Source: an uncultured Phycisphaeraceae bacterium (GTDB lineage: Bacteria; Planctomycetota; Phycisphaerae; UBA1845). Taken from it: a stretch of DNA of 64,000 bases. Position 1 is the first letter of the stretch, and each line of letters begins with the position of its first letter. Below, in pieces: positions 48,039-57,990 of the stretch. The stretch is taken from positions 325 to 64,324 of the forward strand of contig CAZMVD010000001.1 in the NCBI GenBank assembly GCA_964569425.1, written 5' to 3'. Below the pieces are notes generated by a model. The model searched no databases. It was not told where the DNA came from and saw nothing but the letters and a program-made list of their open reading frames with translations. The position numbers were made by a program, and so were the translations under genes.

Positions 48039-48545
48039 CTATCCCGAAGGCGACTCGAACAATGACTGCTGCAGCGGGCTTTCCTGGGCTGCGCGCACGC
48101 GCACGTCGCTGATTTCATCCACGAACTCGTCGATCGTCCGGAACTTGCGGTGCACACTCATGAAGCGCACGTAGGCCACCGGATGCAGCCGCCGCAGGTG
48201 CTGACCGACGTAGCGACCGATCTGTTCAGTGGTCACCTCGCGATCGTGGTTGCTGAACAGGTCTTCCTCCACCCGATCGACAAGGCGCTGAATCTGATCT
48301 TCTCGAATGTCGAGCTTGGAACTGGCCCGTTCGATGCCGCGAACGATGTTCTCTCGCTGGTACGGATCGCGCCTCCCCCCGGACTTAATGACCGTCAGGC
48401 GCAACTCCTGCTCCACCCGTTCCTTGGTCGTGAAACGCCGCTTGCACTCCAGGCACTCGCGCCGCCGACGGATCGCCTCGCCGCCTTCCGAGAGTCGCGA
48501 GTCGATGACTTTATTGTTGTTCTGCCGGCACGACGGGCAAATCAT
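48039..48545 (-). CDS. nrdR: transcriptional repressor NrdR
   Basis: MICPSCRQNNNKVIDSR...CLECKRRFTTKE zinc ribbon plus an ATP-cone. Confidence 0.9.
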   Translation of the reverse strand: MICPSCRQNNNKVIDSRLSEGGEAIRRRRECLECKRRFTTKERVEQELRLTVIKSGGRRDPYQRENIVRGIERASSKLDIREDQIQRLVDRVEEDLFSNHDREVTTEQIGRYVGQHLRRLHPVAYVRFMSVHRKFRTIDEFVDEISDVRVRAAQESPLQQSLFESPSG

Positions 48546-49028
48546 GGCATTCGATCCGGGTCGTCGTTCTGGCTACTCAACCGGGTCCGCCAAGTACCAT
48601 CACTGGAGCGTTACAGCACCAAGGGTTAGGCCGGATCAGAGTAACGCCACAAGATGTTGAGTGTCAAATGAAAATGCCATCGCGACCTACGATTCTTCGA
48701 TGCGCCGAATCGAGAGCGCGAACAGCCGGCCATTGCCGCCGGGCTGGCCTTCGGGCATCCGGCGGGATGGTTATGAATCTGGCGCAGGCATCCACAGCTC
48801 CCCCCGCTCACCTCCCACGGGCTTGTTTGACCATCGCGCATAATGCCGACGGACCTGCAGCCGTTCGAATCTCTCCTCGACCCGGCATAAGGCTTGTTGC
48901 CTCCCATGCACTGCCTGCGCCCCTTGCCGTTATTCACGGGCTTTGAATTGCCCGGAGTAGTGGCCGTGAGTAACATCGCGATCTCGCGTATTCGATGACT
49001 TTAATCACCGTTACGAGTGGACCGGGGC

Positions 49029-50645
49029 ATGAGCGAGCAGGAACTTCGACTTCAGCGCATCCGCAAGCGAGATGCCCTGCGCGCATTGGGCGTCGATCCC
49101 TACGGCCGCCGTTTTGAAAGCGTGCACGCCAGTGCCGCCCTTCGCGTTGCCGCCGAGTCGCTCGCCATCGCCGACGGGGCGCGGACGGATCGCCCCGCCC
49201 GCGTGGCCGGACGAATCGTGCTCCTGCGCCTGATGGGCAAGCTCGCCTTCCTCACGCTGCGCGACGCCGCCGGCACCATCCAATTGGGCATCAGCCGCGG
49301 CGAAGTGGGCGATGACTCGTGGGAAATCCTCAAGCAACTAGACCTTGGCGACTGGCTCGGGGCCGACGGCGTTCTCGGTCGCACCAAGACCGGCGAGCTG
49401 ACCGTGTGGGTCGACCGGATCACGGTTCTGGCGAAAGCAATTCAACCACCGCCGGAGAAATGGCACGGCCTGACCGACGTGGACCTCCGCTATCGCCGCC
49501 GTTACGTGGACCTGTTTGTTCACCCCGAAGTGCGCGACGTCTTCCGCCAGCGCAGCGCCATCATTCAGGCGATCCGTCAATACCTGACGAACGAAGGCTA
49601 TATCGAGGTGGACACGCCCGTGCTCCAGCCCATGTACGGCGGTGCGGCCGCGCGACCCTTTACCACGCACCACCACACCCTCGACATGGAACTCTATTTG
49701 CGCATCAGCCCGGAGCTGTACCTGAAACGGTTGCTGGTCGGCGGAATGGAGCGCGTGTTCGAGATCGCGCGCAACTTCCGCAACGAAGGGATCAGCACGA
49801 AACACAATCCCGAATTCACGATGATCGAGCTATACGAAGCCTATGGCGATTATCACGTGATGATGGAGCGAACGGAGCAGATGGTCGCCGCCGCGTGGCA
49901 TGCCTCCGCCAGAGAATCCGTGCCCCAGCGGATGCACGCCTTTGAGCACGAGGCTGCGCGCCTCGCCGCCGAAAAAGACCAGCACGCCGCGGACGAGTAT
50001 GCCACGCAGGAGCACCTGCCGGCCTACCGCGAGGCCGCGGCGGCCGTCGCCGCCGGTCGCATGGCCGCGGTGTTTCACGGGAAAGTTCTGGACTTTACCC
50101 CGCCCTGGCCGCGGCGCAAGTACGCCGACCTGCTCCGGGAATTCGCCCACGTGGCCATGGCCGACGCCCCCGCCGTTCGCGCCAAGGCCAAGGAGCTGGG
50201 CATCGACGTCGCGGGCAAAGACGACGCGGTTGTGGTTAACGAGGTCTTCGAGGCGACGGTGGAGCACCACCTGGTCCAACCGACTTTCGTCTACGATTAC
50301 CCGGCGGCGATCTGCCCGCTCACGCGGCGGCATCCGGAAGACCCGACCATCGCCTTGCGCTTTGAAGCGTTCGTCGCGGGGATGGAGCTGGGCAACGCGT
50401 ACACCGAACTCAATGATCCGGCCGTGCAGCAGGAGAACTTCGGGCGCAAGGTGGCCGGCGAAGGTGACGAGACCATGGCGGTGATGGACGAGGACTTCGT
50501 GCTCGCGCTGGAATACGGCATGCCCCCGGCGGGTGGTCTGGGCGTGGGCATCGACCGGCTGGTCATGCTGCTTACCGACAGCCGCAGCATTCGCGACGTG
50601 ATTCTGTTTCCGCTTCAGCGGCCGTTATCCGCCGCGCCGGACTGA
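49029..50645 (+). CDS. lysS: lysine--tRNA ligase (class II)
   Basis: OB-fold N-domain. Motif 2 FRNEGISTKHNPEFTMIE. Motif 3 GGLGVGIDRLVMLL. Start at ATG 49029. Confidence 0.9.
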   Translation: MSEQELRLQRIRKRDALRALGVDPYGRRFESVHASAALRVAAESLAIADGARTDRPARVAGRIVLLRLMGKLAFLTLRDAAGTIQLGISRGEVGDDSWEILKQLDLGDWLGADGVLGRTKTGELTVWVDRITVLAKAIQPPPEKWHGLTDVDLRYRRRYVDLFVHPEVRDVFRQRSAIIQAIRQYLTNEGYIEVDTPVLQPMYGGAAARPFTTHHHTLDMELYLRISPELYLKRLLVGGMERVFEIARNFRNEGISTKHNPEFTMIELYEAYGDYHVMMERTEQMVAAAWHASARESVPQRMHAFEHEAARLAAEKDQHAADEYATQEHLPAYREAAAAVAAGRMAAVFHGKVLDFTPPWPRRKYADLLREFAHVAMADAPAVRAKAKELGIDVAGKDDAVVVNEVFEATVEHHLVQPTFVYDYPAAICPLTRRHPEDPTIALRFEAFVAGMELGNAYTELNDPAVQQENFGRKVAGEGDETMAVMDEDFVLALEYGMPPAGGLGVGIDRLVMLLTDSRSIRDVILFPLQRPLSAAPD

Positions 50646-50759
50646 GTGAGCCACTGGTCGCGGGGGCGCGCACATTGATCGCCGAGGACGGCCGGCACCG
50701 ATGCACGATCTCGCGCCGGACGAGCGGGGAGGGCGCCCCATGACGGCCCCAAAACCGGT

Positions 50760-52502
50760 TCACGAATGGTCCGCCAGTCCGGCAAAGAAGCTCCGGCAGT
50801 TGGCGCCCAACGTGCGGGTGCGGTAGCCGCCCTCTTGAACCACCAGCGTCGGCAATCTCAAGGAGGCAATCAGTCGCCCGTTTTCTTCCAGGTCCCGGGG
50901 GGTCAGGGTCCAGGTTCCGGTCGGGTCGCCCTTGGCTGTATCCAAGCCCAGCGCAACAATCAAAAACGCTGGTGCATGCCGGCGCACACGGGCCAGCGCC
51001 TTTTCAAGCGTGGCGCGGTATCGGATGCCATCGACCACTTCCGGAAGCGGATAGTTGGCGTTGAAGCCGGCCCCTGTGACCGCTCCTTTTTCCTCCTCGA
51101 ATCCACTGAAGTAGGGGTAGGCAAACTCCGGGTGCCCATGAATGGACAGCGTCAGAACGTCGGCCCGCTCATAAAATATGACTTGCTGCCCATTGCCATG
51201 GTGGTAGTCGATGTCCAGAATGGCCACCCGCCCGTGATGGCTGAAATAGTGCGCCGCCACGGCACAGTTGTTGAAGTAACAGAAGCCACCGAATGCGCGA
51301 TACTCTGCATGGTGTCCCGGCGGACGAACCAGGGCATATGCGATCCGATCCCCCTTGAGCAGGGCATCCGCCGCGGTCAGCGTACAATCCACGGCGCGCT
51401 TCGCCGCCAGATACGCGTTGTGATTAAGAGGGGTGAACGTATCAAGGCAGTAATATCCCGCGGCGACGCTTAGTTCCTTCGGCGGGCGCGCCTGGTTGCG
51501 CACCGGAAACACATAGGGATACACCGACTTGCCCGGCGGCAGACCCGCACACACTTTCTTGAAATAATCGATGTACTGGCTCTCGTGCACGGCGCGAATG
51601 TGGGATTCGGGATACTCACGCGGTGATTGATGTCGAAACCACCCCGTGGATTCGATCACTTTCCGGATCGCCGCGATGCGTACCGGCGCCTCCACGTAGC
51701 CGCGCTCACGTACGTGGTGAATGTCGTGCTTGTCGTTCACCACCAACGGGATCGACGGATGGCGGGCGAGTAATGGTCGATGCGCCGCTCGGCGGTCCGG
51801 CCTAATATACCGCGGCTCGCGCAGCCGGACGGGATGGTCTCGGATTGAACTCACCACGGTTTGCACATAGGCCGGCGAACATAAGTGAGCATATTTGCGC
51901 TCAAGGATCGCACGCACGACCTTGCGCAGAACGTCGCAACGCGGGGGCGCATTTCGCCCGAGGTCGTCGTAGACCAGGTACGGCACGGCCGGATCCCCGG
52001 GCGTAACCGGTGTTTCATAGGCAGTGTTGGTGATCGGCCGCGCTCCATAGCGCTCGTAGAAACGCAACCGGGCCGAGTTGGCTTTGAGTATCGCAGGGTC
52101 ACCGACCACCCGCGGGTCGTCCGGGGCGCATTCAAAATACAGGCCCTGCACGCCCAACCCGTGCGCCTCGTCACGCACCCGTTCATAGAGCGCACCGCCC
52201 ACGCCTCCGCCGGTCAGTTTCTCGCCCGTGGCGATGTAGTCGAGGAAACAGAACTTCAACTGCGCATCGTGCGAAAGCAGGGCGAACCCGCGAACAGGGT
52301 TGCCGCGAACGTCATCCGCCACGTACAGCAGCGCGCGAAAGCCGTATTTCAACGGATTTTTGAGTTTGTCGGGCAGCCCCGCGATCTCCTGTTCGCGCAC
52401 GCCCGGGAATTGACGTCGGAGAATCGACTGCACCTGCTCGATCTGACGCCGGTCGATCGGCAACACGTCGTCGACAATGCGGCGAATGCGAAACACATCC
52501 AC
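50760..52502 (-). CDS. fusion protein: N-terminal GNAT acetyltransferase-like domain + C-terminal histone-deacetylase-family (arginase-fold) deacetylase
   Basis: GNAT motif A-like KLTGGGVGGALYERV. HDAC residues RPPGHHA, ILDIDYHHGNG, VVQEGGY. Confidence 0.8.
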   Translation of the reverse strand: MDVFRIRRIVDDVLPIDRRQIEQVQSILRRQFPGVREQEIAGLPDKLKNPLKYGFRALLYVADDVRGNPVRGFALLSHDAQLKFCFLDYIATGEKLTGGGVGGALYERVRDEAHGLGVQGLYFECAPDDPRVVGDPAILKANSARLRFYERYGARPITNTAYETPVTPGDPAVPYLVYDDLGRNAPPRCDVLRKVVRAILERKYAHLCSPAYVQTVVSSIRDHPVRLREPRYIRPDRRAAHRPLLARHPSIPLVVNDKHDIHHVRERGYVEAPVRIAAIRKVIESTGWFRHQSPREYPESHIRAVHESQYIDYFKKVCAGLPPGKSVYPYVFPVRNQARPPKELSVAAGYYCLDTFTPLNHNAYLAAKRAVDCTLTAADALLKGDRIAYALVRPPGHHAEYRAFGGFCYFNNCAVAAHYFSHHGRVAILDIDYHHGNGQQVIFYERADVLTLSIHGHPEFAYPYFSGFEEEKGAVTGAGFNANYPLPEVVDGIRYRATLEKALARVRRHAPAFLIVALGLDTAKGDPTGTWTLTPRDLEENGRLIASLRLPTLVVQEGGYRTRTLGANCRSFFAGLADHS

Positions 52503-52575
52503 TCCTCCGAATTCACTGGCGCCGGGAATCCTCCCCGCACGCCGGCCTCAGTAGCGCCGCACCGCACCCGGCCCC

Positions 52576-54429
52576 TCATCGATCGGAATGGGAGTGACCG
52601 CCGGTCCCTTCGAACTGCTTTGTTCGGTCCGCGTCCGACGCCTCTCGCACCAGTCCCACAATCGTCTGCCCACTCTTCAGTGCCGAGACTGTCTGCGTCG
52701 TGACCACCTGCAATGCCCCGGTCTCTGTCATGACAAACAACGGTAGCGCGTTTTCGCCATAGCGCCGGCGATAGGCCTCCCATCCAAATTCATCGGTGAG
52801 CCTCGTGACCTTGACGGTTTCACCGCCGTCCAGTCGGTTCGCGATCATCGCAAATGTCACGGCGCCCCCCAACAATGTCCTTACCTGATGGCGCGCGTGA
52901 TCCGCGCGCCCCGCATCCGGTTCCGCCCGCGGTGGTTGGGTGGCCAATTGGAAGCACCCCGATCGACCGAATACGCGCACAAACCGCCGCACCGCCAACA
53001 CGTTAACCGATTCGTTGGGCGTTGCGGCAATGAGGCGTCCCAGCCCGCCAAAGTCGATCTCGTCCAGCGCGCTGTCGGACAGAATACTGCCGGCAAAGGC
53101 TGGTAGCCCGGCCATTCGCGCCGCCAATATATTGCTGCGATTGGTATCGACCAGCAGGACGCGAATCCCCAGGCCGACCACGGCCTTGGCCACCGCGCGC
53201 GTCCAGGGGTAGGCGCCCACAAAAAGTATGCCCTGAGGGTTCGCCACCGCAATACGCAGGCACCGCGCCGCTGCTGGTGCCGCCAGCCCATAAAAAGTGA
53301 CCGTGCCGATGATGACGCAAAAGGTGATGGGAACCAGCCGTTCGGATTGCGCCCATCCGCCATCGCCCAAGCGCAACGCAAAGACCGAGGCCACCGCCGC
53401 GGCGACAATGCCGCGCGGCGCCACCGCTGCCAGGAACAATCGCTCCCTGATCGCGAGTTTGGTTCCGCTGGTGGAAACCAGCACGCTCAGCGGTCGCGCA
53501 ATGAACACAAGAACGGCAAGAAACAACGTCCCTGGGAGCAGGACGGCCCGAAGCTCAACCGGATTGAGGCGCGCCCCGAGCACAATGAACAGGACCGACA
53601 GCAGGAGCACGCGCAAATTCTCCTTGAATTCCACAATATGCTCCACGTCGGCCCACCGCTGGTTCGCAAGCACGACCCCCATGACCGTGACCGCCAACAA
53701 GCCTGCCTCGTGCTGGAGTGCGTTGGCCGTCGCAAACGAAATCAAGGCCAGCACCAGAGATAATGCGGCCTGCAAGTAGTCGGGGGCCCAGAACCTGTGT
53801 AATACCTGCGCAAGCAGCAGTGCCGCCATGACCCCGAGCCCGCCGCCAATCACCAACGTTCTGACGATACTCGGAACGACCAGCGCCCACGCTTTCTCCG
53901 ACGTATCCGTAATGATCACTTCATACACCAGAACGGCCAGCATCGCCCCGATGGGATCGATGACGATGCCTTCCCACTTCAGGATCGGTCCGGTGGCCCC
54001 GCTTGGGCGAATGTGCCGCAAGAGCGGCGTAATGACGGTGGGTCCGGTCACCACAAAAATCGCGCCGATCAGCGCCGCGAGACTCATGTCCAATTCGAGC
54101 AGCCACCACGCCGCTGCCGTCCCCACGAACCAGGTAACCAGCGCGCCGACGGTCACCAGGCGAACTACAACCCGGCCCACTTTGCGAAGCTCTGCCAACT
54201 TCAGCGACAGTCCGCCTTCAAAGAGGATCAGGCCGACCGCCAGCGAGACCACAGGAAACAACAGGTCGCCCAGCAGCAACTCGGTATCCACCCAATGGAA
54301 CACCGGCCCCGCTAAGAAGCCCGCCACCAACAGCAGAATGATCGATGGCAAGCGCAGTTTCCACGCCAGCCATTGCGCACCGATTCCAAGGACGAGAATC
54401 AAAGTCAACTGAAACGTAATCGAGTACAT
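52576..54429 (-). CDS. cation:proton antiporter (CPA1/NhaP-like) with a C-terminal RCK/TrkA-N-like domain
   Basis: Polytopic N-terminal part of about 400 aa. C-terminal GILFVGAYPWTRAVAKAVVGLGIRVLLVD Rossmann-like segment. Start at ATG 54429. Confidence 0.8.
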   Translation of the reverse strand: MYSITFQLTLILVLGIGAQWLAWKLRLPSIILLLVAGFLAGPVFHWVDTELLLGDLLFPVVSLAVGLILFEGGLSLKLAELRKVGRVVVRLVTVGALVTWFVGTAAAWWLLELDMSLAALIGAIFVVTGPTVITPLLRHIRPSGATGPILKWEGIVIDPIGAMLAVLVYEVIITDTSEKAWALVVPSIVRTLVIGGGLGVMAALLLAQVLHRFWAPDYLQAALSLVLALISFATANALQHEAGLLAVTVMGVVLANQRWADVEHIVEFKENLRVLLLSVLFIVLGARLNPVELRAVLLPGTLFLAVLVFIARPLSVLVSTSGTKLAIRERLFLAAVAPRGIVAAAVASVFALRLGDGGWAQSERLVPITFCVIIGTVTFYGLAAPAAARCLRIAVANPQGILFVGAYPWTRAVAKAVVGLGIRVLLVDTNRSNILAARMAGLPAFAGSILSDSALDEIDFGGLGRLIAATPNESVNVLAVRRFVRVFGRSGCFQLATQPPRAEPDAGRADHARHQVRTLLGGAVTFAMIANRLDGGETVKVTRLTDEFGWEAYRRRYGENALPLFVMTETGALQVVTTQTVSALKSGQTIVGLVREASDADRTKQFEGTGGHSHSDR

Positions 54430-54709
54430 CTTCGACCTGTCTAATGCGACGCCTTGCCGCCGTAGAGTGCGGGAGGCCGACCGAACGGGCTCGACGTTGG
54501 CCAAGTCAATTCCAGGACCAGCGCGCGACCGCGCGATGGCATGGTAGCATGGCACAATCGGCATGGCACCCACCCGACATGAACCATTGGCCTGGTCGAA
54601 GGGCTCTCGCCGACCAGTCCATTTGACGACCCCCGCCGCAGCGGGCTAGACTCGGACTCTCCCCGGAAGCCAGGGTCGAAGACGTGGGTCAAGCAAGGAG
54701 ACGGTCGCC

Positions 54710-55249
54710 ATGCCTCAGCTTAGTGTGTTCAACCTGAATCGGTGGATCGACGAGCACCGCCACGAACTCAAGCCGCCGGTCGGGAATCAATACCTGTACC
54801 GCGGCTCCGACTTCTTCGTGATGGTCGTGGGTGGCCCCAACGCGCGCAACGATTTCCACATCACCGAATCGGAAGAGTTCTTCTACCAGGTCAAGGGCGA
54901 CATCGTGGTGCGTATCCGCGAAGGCGAACGCATCGTCGATTATCCGATCCGCGAAGGCGACACGTTTTTTATCCCCCCAAACGTGCCGCATTCCCCGCAG
55001 CGCCCGCCGGACACCATCGGCATCGTCGTGGAGCGGGTGCGTCCGCCCGACGAAATGGAACACCTGGTGTTCTATTGCGAGAAGTGCGGTTCGCTCGTCT
55101 GCGACATCGAGTTCGCCTGCAAGGACATCGTCGTCCACTTTCGCGATACCATGGAGGCCTTCTGGAAGGACGACGCCCGCCGTACCTGCAAAAAGTGCGG
55201 CACGCTGGTACAGAAGCCCGGCCCGGTGTCTACGCTGCCCGGATGCTGA
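54710..55249 (+). CDS. 3-hydroxyanthranilate 3,4-dioxygenase
   Basis: Cupin with FHITESEEFFYQVKG and PPNVPHSPQR (His/Glu/His Fe ligands). C-terminal rubredoxin-like CEKCG...CKKCG, as in bacterial HAO. Confidence 0.85.
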   Translation: MPQLSVFNLNRWIDEHRHELKPPVGNQYLYRGSDFFVMVVGGPNARNDFHITESEEFFYQVKGDIVVRIREGERIVDYPIREGDTFFIPPNVPHSPQRPPDTIGIVVERVRPPDEMEHLVFYCEKCGSLVCDIEFACKDIVVHFRDTMEAFWKDDARRTCKKCGTLVQKPGPVSTLPGC

Positions 55250-55308
55250 CGCGCCCGCCGACCGCTCGCGGCCCCGCCTGATCCTGGGCTGTGCGACGGA
55301 GTCTGTCC

Positions 55309-56073
55309 ATGCCCGCCTGGCACGAAAACGACGCCCTTTGGGAGGACCTGCACGACGCCATCTTCACGCCGGAGCGCATTCGTTTGGCCGCCACGGATGT
55401 CGAGCAGATTTCCGCGCTCTTGACGCTGCCGGCCGGTTCGTCCCTCCTGGACCTGGGTTGCGGCGTGGGCCGCCACAGCCTTGAATTCGCCCGGCGCGGC
55501 TTACAGGTCATCGGCGTAGACCGAAGCGAATGCTATCTCGCGGAGGCTCGAAAACGCGCCGCGACCGACGGGTTGAAGGTCGAGTGGGTGCACGAGGACA
55601 TGCGCCGCTTTCGCCGCTCCGCCATGTTTGACACGGCGGTCTGCCTGCTCACATCATTCGGCTACTTCGAGAACGCCGCTGATGACCAGGCGACGATCGA
55701 GAACGTCTACGCCAGTCTTAAACCCGGCGGCACGCTGCTCATCGACTTGATGGGCCGCGAAGTGCTGGCAAAGATCTTCCGCCCGCGCGACTGGCACGAG
55801 GAGCCCGACGGAACGATCCTGCTGGAGGAGCGCGCCGTAACCGACGACTGGCAGTGGTTGAACGTGCGCTGGGTCTTGCTGAAAGGCGATCGCCGTACTG
55901 AGCGTCGCTTCCGGCTGCACCTGTTCACCGCCGCCGATCTGGCGACCCTCCTTCGCGGCGCGGGCTTCGAGCGGGTGCGCTGCTACGGAGCCCTGACCGG
56001 CTCGCCTTATGATCAGGAAGCCCAGCGCCTCGTGGTCGTGGGACACAAACCGACCGACCAGGACCGTGCATGA
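55309..56073 (+). CDS. class I SAM-dependent methyltransferase
   Basis: LLDLGCGVGRHSLEFARRGLQVIGVD (motif I), LKPGGTLLID. Confidence 0.75.
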   Translation: MPAWHENDALWEDLHDAIFTPERIRLAATDVEQISALLTLPAGSSLLDLGCGVGRHSLEFARRGLQVIGVDRSECYLAEARKRAATDGLKVEWVHEDMRRFRRSAMFDTAVCLLTSFGYFENAADDQATIENVYASLKPGGTLLIDLMGREVLAKIFRPRDWHEEPDGTILLEERAVTDDWQWLNVRWVLLKGDRRTERRFRLHLFTAADLATLLRGAGFERVRCYGALTGSPYDQEAQRLVVVGHKPTDQDRA

Positions 56074-56162
56074 GGATGGCGTTCTTGCCAAAGTTCCGCC
56101 AGGGCGGGCACCCGTACAACGCGCTTCACGGCTGACGCACCATTCGTTATGCTCTTCCCGTC

Positions 56163-57173
56163 TTGAAGATAGACCTGCACACGCACATCCTCCCCGAACG
56201 CTGGCCCGACCTGCGCGAGCGCTACGGCTACGGCGGTTTCGTCCGACTCGAGCACCACGCCCCCTGCCGCGCGCGGATGCTCATCGATGACAACGCCTTT
56301 CGCGAGATCGAGGACGACTGCTGGTCACCCCCGCGCCGCATCGCGGAGTGCGACGCCGCCGGGGTCACGGTTCAGGTTCTTTCGACGGTGCCGGTCATGT
56401 TCAGCTATTGGGCCAAGCCGGCCGACGGGCTGGATCTTTCGAAAATGCTGAACGACCACATCGCCGAGGTCGTTCGCGCCCACCCCCGCCGCTTCGTCGG
56501 ACTGGGTACCCTCCCCATGCAGGACGCCTCGCTGGCCTGTCGCGAACTGGAACGCTGCGTTCGCGAGCTGCGTTTTCCCGGCGTGCAGATCGGCACCAAC
56601 GTCAACGGCTTGAACCTCGACCACCCGTCGCTGTTTGACGTGTTTGAGGCCGCTGAGCGACTGGGGGCCGCGGTGTTCGTGCACCCATGGGACATGCTCG
56701 GCAAGGACCGCATGCCCAAATACTGGCTGCCCTGGTTGGTGGGCATGCCCGCGGAAACGGCACTGGCCATCTGCTCGGTCATTTTCGGCGGCGTGCTGGA
56801 ACGGCTTCCGAATCTGCGTATCGCCTTTGCCCACGGCGGCGGATCGTTCTTCAGCACCCTGGGCCGCATTCAACATGGGTTCGAGTCGCGTCCCGACCTG
56901 TGCGCCGTGGACAATGCCGTGCCCCCACGCGATTACCTCGGCCGCTTTTACGTCGATTCGCTGGTACACGACCCCGACATACTGCGGCACATTGTTCGCC
57001 TGATAGGTGCTGAGCGAGTGGCACTGGGCTCCGATTATCCCTTCCCCCTGGGCGAGGCACGGCCCGGAACGCTCATCGAGTCCATGGCCGACCTTACCTC
57101 CGAACAGCGCGAGTGGCTGCTGTACCGTGCTGCGCTGCAGTTCCTGGGACTGGATGCTCGTAGTTTCGCATGA
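56163..57173 (+). CDS. amidohydrolase-2 family decarboxylase, 2-amino-3-carboxymuconate-6-semialdehyde decarboxylase (ACMSD)-like
   Basis: MKIDLHTHILPERWPDL N-terminus (HxH metal site), FVHPWD, IAFAHGGGSF, LGSDYPFPLGE. TTG start. Confidence 0.75.
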   Translation: MKIDLHTHILPERWPDLRERYGYGGFVRLEHHAPCRARMLIDDNAFREIEDDCWSPPRRIAECDAAGVTVQVLSTVPVMFSYWAKPADGLDLSKMLNDHIAEVVRAHPRRFVGLGTLPMQDASLACRELERCVRELRFPGVQIGTNVNGLNLDHPSLFDVFEAAERLGAAVFVHPWDMLGKDRMPKYWLPWLVGMPAETALAICSVIFGGVLERLPNLRIAFAHGGGSFFSTLGRIQHGFESRPDLCAVDNAVPPRDYLGRFYVDSLVHDPDILRHIVRLIGAERVALGSDYPFPLGEARPGTLIESMADLTSEQREWLLYRAALQFLGLDARSFA

Positions 57174-57271
57174 AGTCCGCCGGACTTCGCGCACGCTGAC
57201 TGCCGACAATGTCCATCAGCCGAACTGCGCAGTACAATATCCCGGGAAACCCAAGCAACGGAGTCGATTGG

Positions 57272-57880
57272 ATGAAGCGAAGGTGCACGTCAGGGCTGGT
57301 GGCAATGGCCGTATGGCTGGCCGGGGCCAGTTGCGCGCCAATGGCCGGCGGCGACAACTCCAACATGAACACCGCGGTCCCAAACGCCAATGACAACCGC
57401 AACGAGAACGACAACACCGCGCCCCCCGCGATGTTCGGCGTGGAGCTTGCGGTGCCCAACGAAGGCGCTGCGCACGTGCCGGTGGGCCGGCAGGTGGAGT
57501 ACGCCGCCAATCCTCCGGCGTCAGGCGCGCATTGGTCGCAGGCGGGCTTTGCGCCGGCACCGGCCGGATTCTATGAGGACGCGGTCGACGAGGAGCGCTG
57601 GGTGCACAACCTCGAACATGGATACATCGTTCTGCTCTATGACTGCGGTGATGCTTGTGCTCCGGCGTTTCTCGACACCTTGCGATCGTTGTTCGACGAC
57701 GCCCCGCCGAGCACGGTCTTCGGGTTCGCTAAGCTGGTCATTGCCCCGTACGACGGCTTGCCCGGAGTGGTTACCGCCATTGCCTGGGACGTGCAAATGC
57801 ACCTGGAATCTCTCGACGCCGAACCACTCTTGGCCTTCTACGGGCGGTACCTTGATCAAGGCCCGGAGCTGGCACCTTAG
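57272..57880 (+). CDS. DUF3105-domain lipoprotein
   Basis: Signal plus Cys (VAMAVWLAGASC). YAANPPASGAHW and WVHNLEHGYIVLLYDC motifs. Confidence 0.7.
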   Translation: MKRRCTSGLVAMAVWLAGASCAPMAGGDNSNMNTAVPNANDNRNENDNTAPPAMFGVELAVPNEGAAHVPVGRQVEYAANPPASGAHWSQAGFAPAPAGFYEDAVDEERWVHNLEHGYIVLLYDCGDACAPAFLDTLRSLFDDAPPSTVFGFAKLVIAPYDGLPGVVTAIAWDVQMHLESLDAEPLLAFYGRYLDQGPELAP

Positions 57881-57990
57881 GAACAAACCACGCCGCACAG
57901 ATCCGCCCAGAGCAAGAACGAGGCCCCGAACCTTTCTCTCAAGGACGGGGCCCCGCGTGCAATCTCGATCCCATTGCCTCTTGCGGCCGC

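Noticed and set aside
48649-48664. NrdR-box-like 16-mer ACAAGATGTTGAGTGT upstream of nrdR
   Set aside because: It matches the remembered acaCwAtATaTwGtgt consensus at only 11 of 16 positions. No second box lies at the usual spacing of about 31 bp, and no nrd gene is adjacent.
48860-48885. tRNA-like GTTCGAATC T-loop motif in the nrdR-lysS spacer
   Set aside because: The flanking bases cannot form a T-stem or an acceptor stem, so no cloverleaf can be drawn.
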